Source: Octopus sinensis (Eukaryota). From it: a DNA stretch of 64,000 nt. Where the stretch lies: positions 69,626,001-69,690,000 of the forward strand of contig NC_043004.1 in assembly GCF_006345805.1 (NCBI RefSeq), read 5' to 3'. The position numbers were made by a program, and so were the translations under genes. Of the stretch, positions 26,991 to 40,445 are shown one piece after another; position 1 is the stretch's first letter; the number at the start of each line of letters is the position of its first letter. The notes beneath the pieces are model-generated. The model was not told the origin of the DNA. It did not search any database and saw nothing but the letters and a program-made list of their open reading frames with translations.

Positions 26991-27463
26991 GAGAGGCAGA
27001 AAGAGAGTATTACACAGAAAGAGAGAGAGAAAGTGATACAGTTAATGAAAGAGAAAACAAAGCAGAGAGAGAGAGGGGGAGGAAGAGAGAGTGTTTTGGT
27101 TCTTTCCATTTATCAATACCATTTCTATTGATTGTTCCTGTTTAATGGTCAGGCAGCATCGAATGGTTTTCATTTCACAAATCTCGGACAAATGAAAAAT
27201 AACTTTGTTTCTCTTTCTTTCTGTGACCATCTCTCTCTATTTTTGTCTTCAACACAATCCTTCTCGATTTAACGTCACCTCTTAACATCGTTTAGGCTGG
27301 CTTGCTCAATCAGGGATATCACAAAAACCATTGTTTGTCCACATCTTTGGTTTCTGTTACAGAGTTTCATTTTTGTTTCCTTTTGTTTTCTTTCCATGTG
27401 GCTTCTTGAATGTCTAGAGGAAGAAGACACCTACAATTGTGTGTGTGTGTGTGTATGTATATA

Positions 27464-27494
<31 letters not shown>

Positions 27495-27496
27495 TT

Positions 27497-27815
27497 GGAT
27501 GGCACATAAAAAGCACCATCCAAACGTGGCCGTTGCCAGCGCCGCCTCGACTGGCTTCTGTGCCGGTGGCACATAAAAAGCAGCGTCCGAACGTGGCCGA
27601 TGCCAGCGCTGCCTTGGCTGGCTTTCGTGCTGGTGGCACGTAAAAAGCACCCACTACACTCGCGGAGTGGTTGGCGTTAGGAAGGGCATCCAGCCGTAGA
27701 AACACTGCCAGATCAGACTGGAGCCTGGTGCTGCCCCTGGCTTCCCAAACCCCAGTCGAACCGTCCAACCCGTGCTAGCGCGGAAAACGGACGCTAAACG
27801 ATGATGATGATGATG
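27497..27815 (+). mobile_element. Family D repeat (RTE-tailed SINE or LINE 3' UTR) with internal tandem subrepeats and a (GAT)n tail
   Basis: Repeated ggtggcacgtaaaaagcacc units; ggaagggcatccagccgtagaaa; ccgtccaaccc.tgctagc.. ggaaa.cggacgctaaa(cgatgat)n. Other copies at 29740-30060, 30060-30250 (-), 40600-40900 (-), 43240-43500 (-), 50955-51135 (-), 53820-54090 (-), 55240-55415 (-), 62470-62915. Confidence 0.85.
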
Positions 27816-27961
27816 AGGGTGCAGGGTAGCACCTACATTGCTAGAAACAAGTCAAAGACCCTTATAGCTGCAAATAGCACAGGTCTATATAAGTGCTGCC
27901 CAAAATCCTGTCACTATAATTGAAATTTTCCTTTTTGGTTTTATATTGTGTCTAGCTGCAT

Positions 27962-28035
27962 TTACAGGGACGCAAACACACCAGCATCAGTTGTCAAGCG
28001 ATGTTGGGGGGACAAACACAGACACACAAACATAT

Positions 28036-28066
<31 letters not shown>

Positions 28067-28264
28067 AATACACACACATATATATATTTATATATATGTA
28101 TGACGGGCTTCTTACAGTTTCCATCTACCAAATCCGCTCACAAGGCTTTGGTCGGCTCGAGGCTATAGTAGAAGACACTTGCCCAAGGTGCCACGCAGTG
28201 GGACTAAACCCAGAACCATGTGGTCCGTAAGCAAGCTACTTACCACACAGCCACTCATGTGCCT
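27962..28264 (-). mobile_element. Family A SINE (3'-truncated)
   Basis: Reverse-complement match. Confidence 0.85.
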
Positions 28265-28984
28265 GATGATGATGATGATGATGATATATATATATGTGTG
28301 TGTGTGTATGTATGTATGTATAGGTGCAGGCGTGGTTGTGTGGTAAGAAGCTTGCTTTCAAGCTAAATGGTTCCAGGTTCAGTCCCCTTGGGCTAGTCAA
28401 AACCTTGTGATAGATTTGTTGGGTGGAAACTGAAAGAAGCTAGTTACGTGTGTAGCCAAATCTTGCCAGTTTCTTTTATGTGTAATTCCTCTGCAAATTG
28501 AATTCCAAAAACTTCATTTGCTATGTATCATCATCATCATCATCCAGTGTTTTAAATCCGGGTTTTGGCCCCATTAACGGAGGCGGCCAGATCTACCTCA
28601 ATGCCACAACAACCACCATCTTGCCCAATTCAAATTCCACCGAGGTCAAATTTGCCTTTCATCCCTTCGGGGTCAATGAATTAAGTACCAGTTGCATACT
28701 GGGGTCAATCTAATCAACTGACCCCTCTCACAAAATTACAGGCCTTGTGCCTATAACAAAGGATTATGATGATAATGATAATAATTAGTAGTAGTAGTAT
28801 TAAGGCATCAAGCTGGCAGGTTTGTTAGCATTCTGGGTAAAAGGCTTAGCAGCATTTCATCCATCTTTATGTTCTGAGTTCAAATTCCACTGGGGTCAAC
28901 ATTGCTTTTCATCCTTTCAGCTTCAATAAATTAAGTACTTATGCCCTCCTCCAAAATTTCAGGCTTTGTTCCAAAAGTAGAAAG

Positions 28985-29128
<144 letters not shown>

Positions 29129-30662
29129 CGGTGAACTGAGAGAATCATTAGAGCACAGGACCAAGTGCCTTGGTGGTACTTGTTCAAGCCTTTACCAGAA
29201 CTGGTCAATGTTAGCTTTACCTTTTGTCCTTTAGGAAGGTTGATAAAATAAAGTACCTGTCAAGTACCTGCGGTAGGGTGCAGTGGTGGAGAGGTTTCGA
29301 TGGAATCGGCTAACCCACATTCTTGGCGCTTGGCCTTAAACAAGGAAAAAATTTTATAAATGATTTTTATTAAAACTTCTGTACATTTTTGTATGTTTAT
29401 AAGTATTTATAAGTGTGTGTTTGTGTGTGGTACATGTGTAAATTATGATATAGATAAACAGTAAAGGGTGGAAGGCTCATATGGATTGGCGTCCCTCTCC
29501 CCCACTCTCTCTCTATTTTCACTACATATTTATAACTGTATGAGCATATGTAATACATGTGCAAGTAATCTGTTATGTCAAATTTTTGCTCTCTAGACAA
29601 TGCATAGTTTGAGATATTTTGTTTTATTCTCAATCTTTTTCTTCAACTTTTTCTGAAGTTTCTAACAAAATGGAGTTCCTAGATGAATAAATAATTTTCT
29701 CTGTCTGTGTGTGTGTGTGTGTAGATATAATCATCATTGTCATCATCATGTGCCGGTGGCACGTAAAAAGCACCATCCATTCGTGGCCGTTGCCAGCCTT
29801 GCCTGGCTCCCATGCCGGTGGCACGTAAAAAGCACCATCCGTCCGTGGCCGTCTGCCAGCTCCGTCTGGCACCTGTGCGGGTGGCACGTAAAAAGCACCC
29901 ACTACACTCATGGAGTGGTTGGTGTTAGGAAGGGCATCCAGCCGTAGAAACACTGCCAGATCAGACTGGGCCTGATGCAGCCTTCTGGCTTCACAGACCC
30001 CAGTTGAACCGTCCAACCCATGCTAGCATGGAAAGCGGACGCTAAATGATGATGATGATCATCATCATCATCATTTAATGACCATTTTCCAGATGGCATG
30101 GGTTGAAAGGACTGACAGGAGCTGGCAAGAGCAGGAGCCACACCAGGTGCCATAGTCTGTTTCAGCTTGGTGTCTGCAGCTGGATGCCCTTCCTAGTGCC
30201 AACCACTTTATAATGTGAACTGGGTGCTTTTTTATGTGGCATCAGCATATAAGGAAGGGCGTTAGGAAAGGCATCCAGCCATAGAAACCATACCAAATCA
30301 GATTGAACTCTGGTACAGTTCCCTGGCTTACCTGTTTTCAGTCATTCCATCTAACCCATACCAGCATGGAAAAGAGACATTAAATGATGATGATGATGAT
30401 ATAAATGCAAATGTTTGTTTTTATATCAAGTTGTAATAAGATCAGTCTAATATTAAACTAAAGAATAATTCCAAACTTTTTCCATTTGTATACTTTTACA
30501 AGAAAGGGTGGTGGCAGTGACTTTGATCTCTTGGTCAACAAACCTTCATCAGACAATCTCATGAAGGCCAACTGGCTGAAACATTAGAGTCACTGTTACT
30601 CTTCTTTCTTGTGAAAGTATTATATATACATACATACATACATACATACGTGCATGCATGTA

Positions 30663-30702
<40 letters not shown>

Positions 30703-30838
30703 CGTGTGTATATATGCATGTATGTATGTATGTATGTACGTGTGTGTATATATATATATATGTGTGTGTGTATATATATATGTATGTGTGTGTATATATA
30801 TGTGTATGTGTGTGTATATATATGTGTGTGTGTGTGTG

Positions 30839-30872
<34 letters not shown>

Positions 30873-30918
30873 TATATGTATGTGTGTGTATATGTATGTG
30901 TGTGTGTATATATATATA

Positions 30919-30954
<36 letters not shown>

Positions 30955-30993
30955 CATATATATATAAGTATGTGTATATATATATATATATAT

Positions 30994-31449
30994 AAAGTAA
31001 AAAGTAAAAGAGTCGAAAGGAAGAGTAAGTACGGTTAGGCAGCTTTTTAATCACTACAAATGTTTTGATACATACAAATCCTCGTATATACAGGATTTAA
31101 AATATACTTCCGGCTATTTGGGAATTCTAAGGTTGAACGAGCTCTATTTGCACTCTTATGTATTCTTAACAGAACACACCTCAACTATATATATATATAT
31201 ATATATAATATATATATACATATATATATAAGTATGTGTATATATATATTATATATATATAAAGTAAAAAGTAAAAGAGTCGAAAGGAAGAGTAAGTACG
31301 GTTAGGCAGCTTTTTAATCACTACAAATGTTTTGATACATACAAATCCTCGTATATACAGGATTTAAAATATACTTCCGGCTATTTGGGAATTCTAAGGT
31401 TGAACGAGCTCTATTTGCACTCTTATGTATTCTTAACAGAACACACCTC

Positions 31450-31453
<4 letters not shown>
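30994..31453. repeat. Tandem duplication, period 267 bp, with a 193-bp identical unique core
   Basis: 30994-31186 equals 31261-31453; embedded in (TA)n. Confidence 0.92.
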
Positions 31454-31509
<56 letters not shown>

Positions 31510-33537
31510 ATATAGCGAGAGAGAGAGTCTCTTCCTGATAAGCATCTCCACTCAAGATCTTGCAGGCAATATCTGTACTTACCTCAAAGTATCTGAATAT
31601 TTGCATGGAGGCTTGGCTGCGGTTTATGACGAAGGAGTGGACATATTCATTTCACATGATTCAATTTGGTCTCAATAAATGTAAACAAAAACTGTGTGGA
31701 AGCCCATTGTATGTGTGTCCCACCGCTGCTTGACAACTGGTGTTGGTTTGTTTACATCATCATCATCAAAATTTAACATTTGTTGTCTATGCTGGTACCT
31801 GTTGGACAGTTGGACCAGGGCTAGCAAGCTGAAGGACTGCACCAGACTCCAGTCTGATTTGGTAGGGTTCTATGGCTGGATGCCCTTCCTAAAGCCAACC
31901 ACTCCAAGAGTGTAACGGGTGCTTTTACGTGCCACTGGTATTGGTGCCAGTTGCACAACACCAGTATCTGCCACATGGCTTGATGTATATCCCTGTAAAT
32001 TGGCAATTCAGTGAAACAGACTTCTATTTATTATACTGGTTTGATTAATCCCTTCAAGGCAGTGATCCAGCATGGCTGTAGTCCTGTGACTAAAACAAAT
32101 AAAAAATATAGTTTTATTGCTGTTCACAAACTGAAGAAGCTTTTATCAGGTTGTCTTCTCTGCTTGAAATAGCAATTAAATCTTCCTCAAATTACACTCA
32201 CCCAACTTGGAAAGATAGAAATGTGTAGGATAAATGTATTCCTAGATACACGATGGTCAAGAAAAGGATATGTTCCTGAGAGGGAGGCCTTTGAATGTCA
32301 GATAAAATACTTTGCAGTATTTGTTCTGACACTCAGTGCTCTGAGTTCAAATCCTGCTGAGATCATCTTTGCCTTTCATCTTTGTGGGAGTCAATAAAAA
32401 AAGTACCATGGCTGTGTGATTAAGAATCTTGCTTAGCAACTATGTAATTTCATGTTCAATCCCACTGCACTGCACCTTAGGCAAGTGTCATCTGCTATGG
32501 CCTCTGGTTGACCAATGCCTTTGTGAGTGAATTTGGTTGACAGAAGCTGTATGGAAGATTGTTGTATTTGTTTCTCTGTTACTGTGTCTGTTCCTCTCCT
32601 TCACCACTTGACAACCAGTATTGGTTTATTTATATCCTCATGGCATAATAGTTCCACAAAGGATACTAATAGAATAAGTACTAAGGGTCGATCTGTTCCA
32701 CTAAAAACCTTTCAAAATGGTGCTCCAGCAAATCCACAATTCAATTATTGAAACAAGTAAAAGACAGGATAAATTGAGGGTGGTAGATTGGCACAAGTGT
32801 AAGAACATGAGACCAGATTCCTTGTGGTATTTGTTCCATCTCTTCGTATTCTGAGTTCAAATCCCACCATGACTTAATTCATCACCTTTTTTTTAACACC
32901 ACCACAACTTAGCATCACTGGTAGCTTTCTTTTAGTGGTGTCCACTCTGTTGCAGACATTTAAGCCAGGTCTCCAGTTTGAGCATTGCTTCTTCTCACCA
33001 GTCTCAGAAGCCCCATAAAGGATCATCCGAATTACCTTCCTCCCTGACTAAAAGCATTTTTTTTTCTTATCTTTTAAAAACAGTCGGGACTGACCCTGTG
33101 CCTAAATTACAAGCTGAGGGATTGTTTCTGTTGTTATGTTTCTCACCTTGTTTTAAAGGTGATGAACATGATCCAAATCATGTTCTATACCTCCACATGG
33201 CCCTGGGATGCTTTCTGTTGCATGCATTCAGGGTAAAGTCTGTGATATGAAGTGACAACTTCCTCCTATCCTCCTACCAGTCTTTGAGGCCCTAAAGAGA
33301 GTCATGAGTACTGCCTTGCTTCCTCTGACTAAGCCATTAAAAAAGATAAATATAGTATTCTTCATGCACTAATAATAATAGTATCCCTATATAACTATAT
33401 CAAATGTACAACAGTATTCTGTGGTGGTGGTGGTGGTGGTGGTGGTAGGTAGGAAAATGTGAAGGAGGGACATGCAGCTGAAAAAATACTTGTTGCACCA
33501 CCTAAAACCATCCCACCATACAACAACACAAAAATAG

Positions 33538-33575
<38 letters not shown>

Positions 33576-33845
33576 TGTAGCAAAAATTTAAAAAATGGTA
33601 ACACACATGCTCACATGCCCCATCCCATCTCTCTCTCTCTCTCTCTGTCACACACACACACAGACACACACGCACACATTCATTGAAATGTGTACATGTA
33701 CTAATTTATATATACATGTGTAGTGGAAACTTTTAACCTTTGGTGATGTGAATTATGGCTGCATGTGTGTGTGTGTGTGTGTATGTATGTATATAGGAAA
33801 AAAGTCAAGGTAGAAAATGCTAAAATTATTTTATAAAGAACATTT

Positions 33846-33881
33846 CAGTACCAGTCTCAGTCATTGAGACTTTTTCAACTG
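33846..33881 (-). ncRNA. Degenerate U3-A8 hammerhead-like motif in a (TA)n-anchored repeat end
   Basis: Minus strand cag TTGAAAA agtc tcaat gact GAGAC tg GTA ctg. Confidence 0.55.
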
Positions 33882-34259
33882 TATGGAAAACAAATTTTGG
33901 AAAAATTTTTAAAGTTTTTTAAATGAATATTTGCATAGTATTCAAATAAAAGGGGCATTTTCCTTGTTTCTGCCTGTCTCTGTCTCTCTTGTTTACTCTT
34001 GTGCTGGGAATATGGGACTAAAAACAGACAAACAATAAATGGCTAAACAAGCAATGTAGAAATGTACTTACGAAAATGAATAACTGTAATTCAAAACAAG
34101 ACCATTTCTGAACAGACGGAAGACAGAAACAAAATAAGCAAACAAACAGAATGTAGCCTTCGGGCTAGGGGAAGACGAAAGTATGGGTACCACTAAGAGG
34201 GAAATCCTAAAAGATTTGAAACGGAAGGGCAACAGACAGCGAAACAAGTGAAGTGAAGG

Positions 34260-34610
34260 TTTGTTTTTTTGTTCAGTTATAATAAAAACATATTGTTATA
34301 ATTGGGGATAGTTATATTTTTACTAATTAACCAGATGCACTTTTGTCAGAAATCTTTCATCACACATCTTGTGTCCTCTTCAGCAACTCTCCATTCCACT
34401 ATGGTTCCTCTTGTTCTTTTGCCCAGAAAGGCAGAATGGACTAAACAGAACTGGAGATGTGTGACGAAAGACTAAAATGATAATAATAAAGCTGAGGACC
34501 AAGCATATAGTGCATGTGGTTAATTGGTGAAAAATATGACCATCCCTGAATATAATAGCTGTTCCAAGACACAATTTCACATCAGGAATCTTGCAAAACA
34601 AATGCATTAA
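34260..34610. mobile_element. Older copy of the 62045-62465 foldback family
   Basis: 34520-34605 reverse complement matches 62050-62125; minus-strand gttg CTGAAGA ggacaca agatg tgtgat GAAA gatt TC tgac at 34344-34387. Confidence 0.65.
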
Positions 34611-34680
34611 TGTAATAAAATAAGACCAATTTTTTACATTAACCCAAAAGGTTACTCTAAAATTTTGTAGAGTACAAATT

Positions 34681-34822
34681 TATTATTCTTAAACAAAAAT
34701 ATTGTTGACAGTGACTTTGAAGTTTTAGCCAGTTAAGCCATGGTTGGACTGGCGGTCCAACAATGGCTTAGCTAGATAAACTTCGAAGGCACTGTCAACA
34801 GCATCGTTGTTTAAGAATAATA
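34681..34822. repeat. Imperfect hairpin, ~69-bp arms with a 5-nt loop (MITE- or hairpin-RNA-like)
   Basis: tattattcttaaacaa...ccatggttggac tggcg gtccaacaatgg...ttgtttaagaataata. Confidence 0.85.
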
Positions 34823-35222
34823 TATACATATACACACGCACAGCATATAGAATACATGCTTGTTAGTCTTTTAGTACTGGGGGTGGAGCAGAAACTAAAG
34901 TCATTCTCCTTCCTCTCTCTCTCTCTCTCACAACTTTTGCCCAACACTAACTAAGTAACAAGGTAAGGGTGATTAGTGAGTGTGTGGGAGAAAGAGAGAT
35001 TGCTAGCTGGAACAGCCACCGAACCCAATTTCTGTCCCTCTTTTATTGGGCAAAAGTTACGGCCAGTGGCAATTCCTGTCCCCATCCCCCATACTGTGCT
35101 GTTTGCTTTCTCCTTTTTCTCTCTCTCTCTTTATCTATCTATCTATCTATCTACCTCTATCTATTACTCATCTCTTTACTGTGTTTTGTGTTCTCTCACT
35201 CTTTCTTTCACACACATGCGCA

Positions 35223-35253
<31 letters not shown>

Positions 35254-35712
35254 GTGTGCATGCACACTACGGTTGCCCTTCCCCCAGCTCTGTGCATGTC
35301 GTTAGTCTCTTAGTGTTGGAGGGGCAGAAGTTGAGGTCAGTGACAGTTTCTAGGCACCGTTCCCTCCCTCCCTCCCCACCTCCTTCCCTCCGCAGCCTCT
35401 TGCATCTCGTTAATCCACTGTAAAACACTAAGCTAAATATACAACCACTTAATAATACCAAGTGGTTCTTGCTGACACACCCTAACCAATTACCTCGATC
35501 AATTTGGTAGATTCATATTTTCTCCCCCACCCTCATCCACCTCGCTCCTTCCCTCGTTCCATCCGCCGCCGCCCCGTCGCTCGTGAGGAACAAGCTCATT
35601 TTTAATTTCCTCGTTATTTTCTGCAATAATATTTAATGATGGAATTGTTCCTATTTTGTTCTTCAAGTATTCCATTGAATTCAGATCTCTCACACACATG
35701 TGGTACATTATA

Positions 35713-35752
<40 letters not shown>

Positions 35753-36916
35753 GGTGTGCTGCCATATATGTGTCACTGTGTGGGTGTGTGTACTGTGGAT
35801 TGCGTGCAGATGTACTTTGGTGTGTATATGTGGGTGTTTTGTGTGTGTGTGTGTGAGTGAGTGATTATGCGTTTGTCACTGAGTTGACATGCGACTGTGT
35901 TTGTGTGCCTATCTATCTGTGTCTATGATTGTCTCTGTTTGTGTGAGTGGGTGGGTGTACGTTTGCATGTGTGTGTGTATGTAACCATCTCTGTATGCGT
36001 GTGTGTGTGTGCATACATGTGCATGTATATAGAAATGAGTGTGTGCATAAATGCTGTGTGCTTTGTGTGTGTGTGTGTGTGTGTGTGCATGTTTGCGTAT
36101 GTGTGCTTGTGTGTTTGTCATCGAGTGAGCATATGACTGAGAGTATGTGTGTGTTTGCGTGTTTATCAGTCTGTGTCTACGACTGTCTCTGTGTGTGTGT
36201 GTGTGTGTGACTGTGTGCGGTGGGGTGGGGTGGGGTGCTTAAGCTGGGTCCATCAATTGCTGACCCAAAAACCAATGACTGAACACTCAGTGTATTGTGA
36301 AATTGTCAAAAATACGCCATTGAGATAAAAAATTCTGCTGCACTTGTCACGCTTGGTGGAATTTGGAGAGAATTCCACTATGAAGAATATTTAGCTATTC
36401 TAACCAAAAGGATTAATGCATATCTTTGTAACCATGACAACAGTGCTTCTTTCTTTTTCTCTTCTTTATTTTCCTCTCTGTCTCTCTGTCTCTGACTTTT
36501 TCTTCTCACTTCACACCCACACACACCTATATACATGTGTGTGTGTATACATATATGTGTACATTAGTGTGTGTGTGTGTGCGTATATATACACACATGT
36601 ATACATATATGCGTGTTTATATATGTGTGTGTAAATATATATACATATATACATACATATATATATATATTCATATATATGTATATGTATACATATATAT
36701 ATGTATACATATATATATATACATATGTATATATATACAAGCTTATATAAATATATATATATATATACACACATATATATATAAACACGCATATATGTAT
36801 ACACACACATACATTATATACACACATACGTATGTACACACACAGACACACATATATACACATATACACACATATATACAAACACACATATATATATACA
36901 CACATATGTATACACT

Positions 36917-36955
<39 letters not shown>

Positions 36956-36987
36956 CGTCAGTAGTTCGTATATCCGAAAAAGTGATG

Positions 36988-37158
36988 ATATATTTTTTAA
37001 GAAGTTAAAAGTTATAGTTGGTCATAGAGTGACCATTGGTTTTGTGCTTTCATCCATCTGAGGTTGAAAAATCACCCATAATGCTAAGTGCTTTATAGGT
37101 GTGAAACCAAGGGTCACTTTATGACCAGCCATAACTTTTAACTTCCTCAAAGTATGTA
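36988..37158. mobile_element. Foldback element with a U3-A8 hammerhead on + (37060-37119)
   Basis: ~55-bp arms; gagg TTGAAAA at cacccataa...ttataggtg t GAAA cc aag gG TC actt. The left arm holds only the 3' half, inverted. Confidence 0.7.
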
Positions 37159-37310
37159 TATATATATATATCGTTTAAAACGGACGTTAAACGATGATGA
37201 TGATGATATATATATTAGTGTATGTGATCAACTGCACACACACAATATGTGTGTATGTGTTTGTGTTTGTCCCCCTAGCATTGCTTGACAGCCGATGCTG
37301 GTGTGTTTAC

Positions 37311-38442
37311 GTCAATGGAGCCACTTCCATTAACACGCAAATAGTGAGCGGTGTTCCGCAGGGCACTGTTTTGGGATCACTACTGTTCATAATGGCCCTC
37401 TCAGACATGCCCTCAGCCACACAGAGAGCCACGATCACAAGTTATGCAGATGATACAAAAGTTTCACAGGCAATACAGAACCCTGAAGACACTAAGTGCC
37501 TGCAATGTGAGCTGGACAAAATATACAAGTGGGCTGAAAAGAATAGCATGCAGTTCAATGCTGAAAAGTTTCAAGCTTTATGCTATCAGCATGCAAAACT
37601 GAATGCAATACCCAATGAATACACTGGACCCGGAGGGATTGCAATCCCAGAGGCACAATCAGTGCGTGACCTGGGTATTCACATGAGTGATGACGCGACC
37701 TTTCATGTACATGTTGCTAATCTGGCAATGAAATGTAGACGGCTGGCCGGATGGATTCTTAGAACCTTTAGAACAAGAGAACAAGAAACCATGATGGTCC
37801 TCTGGAAGACACTTGTCCTAAGCCACTTTGACTATTGCTCTCAGCTATGGTCACCATCCAGTGTCAAGTTGATCACAGAACTTGAGGCGATCCAACAAAG
37901 CTACACAAAGAAGATAGCCTCTGTGCAGCATATAAGCTACTGGGAAAGACTCAAGAGATTAAAGCTCTATTCCCTGGAGCGTAGGCGAGAAAGATATGCC
38001 ATAATATATATCTGGAAGATCCTGGAAGGACTTGTCCCAAACTTTGGCATCGAGAGTCACACAAATGCCAGAACCGGGTGCCACTGCGTAGTACCAAGGA
38101 CTCCAAATTTGCCATCAAGATGTAGGACAAGATACTGTGATAGCCTGGGCTTCAGAGGCCCACAGCTCTTCAATATCCTCCCAAAGAACCTGAGGGACCT
38201 GCATGGTGTAGATGCGGATGTCTTTAAAGTAGGACTGGATCTCTTCCTGTCAGGTGTCCCGGATGAACCAACTTCACGGCAGGAGGTGCAGATGAGGGCA
38301 GCTGCATCGAACTCTCTCATGCACCAAATGGCAGTTGCTAAAAAGCATTCGTGAGGTAAAATCATGTAGCAAACCAAATGGCAGTGCCCCAGCATGGCCA
38401 CAGCTCATGAGCTGAAACTGGAAAAATCAAAATCAAAAAATC
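37311..38442 (+). mobile_element. 5'-truncated CR1/L2-group LINE with an intact partial ORF2 (reverse transcriptase to stop at 38354) and 3' UTR
   Basis: Uninterrupted frame VNG...SGVPQGTVLGSLLF...YADDTK...MQFNAEK...RDLGI...DYCSQLWSP...SLERRRERY; 3' stem-loop and (aaaatc)n tail. The N-terminal 39 codons of the listed ORF are repeat/SINE sequence. Confidence 0.95.
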
Positions 38443-39647
38443 ATATATATATATATATTATATATATATATATGTGTGGTATATATATATATATATGTGT
38501 GTGTTATATATATATATATGTGTGTGTTGTATATATATATATATATGTGTTGTGTGTTATATTATATATATGTGTGTGTGTATAGATATAACATGGTGTG
38601 TGTATATATATACATATGTGTGTTGTGTATATATATATATATGTGTGTGTGTATATATATATATATGGTGTGTGATATATATATATATGTGTGTGTGTGT
38701 ATATATTATATATGTGTGTGTGTATTATATATATATATGTGTGTGTGTATATATATATATGTGTGTGTGTGTATATATATACATGTGTGTGTGTATATAT
38801 ATACATATGTGTGTGTGTATATATATATATATATGTGTGTGTGTATATATATATATATATGTGTGTGTGTATATATATATATATATGTGTGTGTGTATAT
38901 ATATATATGTGTGTGTGTGTATATATATATATGTGTGTGTGTATATATATATGTGTGTGTGTATATATATATGTGTGTGTATATATATATATATGTATGT
39001 GTGTATATATATATATATGTGTGTCAGATATATATATGTGTATTATATATGGTATATATATATGTGTATATATATATATGTGTATATATATGTGTAGTAT
39101 ATATATGTGTATATATTGTGGTATAATATATGATGTATATATTATATATATGTATATATATGTGTGTATATATATATGTATATATATATGTATATATATG
39201 TGTATATATATATATGTGTATACTATGTGTATATATATGTGTGATTATATATAGTATATATATTATATGTATATATATGTGTGTATATATATATGTATAT
39301 TATGTGTGTATATATATGTATATATATATGTATATATATGTGTATATATATATATGTGTGTATATATATATATATGTATATATAGTGTGTGTATATATAT
39401 ATATGTATATATATGTGTGTGTATATATATATATATATGTGTATATATGTGTGTATATATATATATGTGTGTGTATATATATGGTGTGTGTATATATATA
39501 TATGTATATATATATATGTATATATATGTGTATATATATGTGTATATATATGTATATATATGTGTATTATATGTATATATATGTGTGTATATATATATGT
39601 GTATATATATATATGTGTATATATATATGTATAGTAGTATATATATG

Positions 39648-39711
<64 letters not shown>

Positions 39712-39770
39712 ATATATATAATTATATAATATATAATATATATATATATATAATATATATATATATATAT
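38443..39770. repeat. 1.3-kb compound (TA)/(TG) microsatellite
   Basis: Direct inspection; similar tracts at 10725-11125, 30617-30993, 36530-36953, 47130-47460, 60818-61096. Confidence 0.95.
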
Positions 39771-40051
39771 TTCCAGGTTCAATTCCACTGTGTGGCATCT
39801 TGGACAAATGTCTTTTGCTATAACCTATGACAGACCAAACCATTGTGAGTGGATTTGGTAGATGGAAACTGAAAGAAGCCTGTCATATATATGAGGGTGT
39901 TGTGTCTGTGTTTTCCCCCACCCAGCACTGCTTGACAACTGGTGTTGGTTTGTTTACATATCTCTAACCATTTATTTGGGAAGCAAGCTTCTTACCACCC
40001 AGCCACCCTTGTGCCTGCACATATGATATATACATGTATGCTTAATGTATG

Positions 40052-40096
<45 letters not shown>

Positions 40097-40404
40097 TATA
40101 TAAGTATACACAAATTAGTAAATAAATGGCACAACAAAGTACCGATATTTACTGGAAATAGCGAACGTAAAAATACGACGCTAATGTGTAGCTTCACCGT
40201 GTATGTATTAGCAAAAATGCGTGTGTGCAACAAATTAGAGAAAAAAAACCGTCTTACCTCCAGGGAGAACATCTGAAAGATGAAACACCGGAAGAAAAGG
40301 ATAATGTGGTACCTGCAGGTTTCAGGTTTTACAAGATATGTCTCTCACCCATATTTGTTTTACCTTCATCATCCAAACATATACCAAGACGAAATCAATA
40401 TGTA

Positions 40405-40445
<41 letters not shown>

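Noticed and set aside
27497-27660. Spaced ggtggcacgtaaaaagcacc repeats resembling a repeat-spacer array
   Set aside because: The intervening sequences are homologous to each other; these are internal subrepeats of a dispersed retroposon.
38394-39830. Long ORFs of 180-216 aa (YIYICVCV...)
   Set aside because: Translations of (TA)/(TG) microsatellite; the same applies to 10880-11164, 30559-31054, 36511-37061, 47129-47577, 60819-61137 and 62841-63305.
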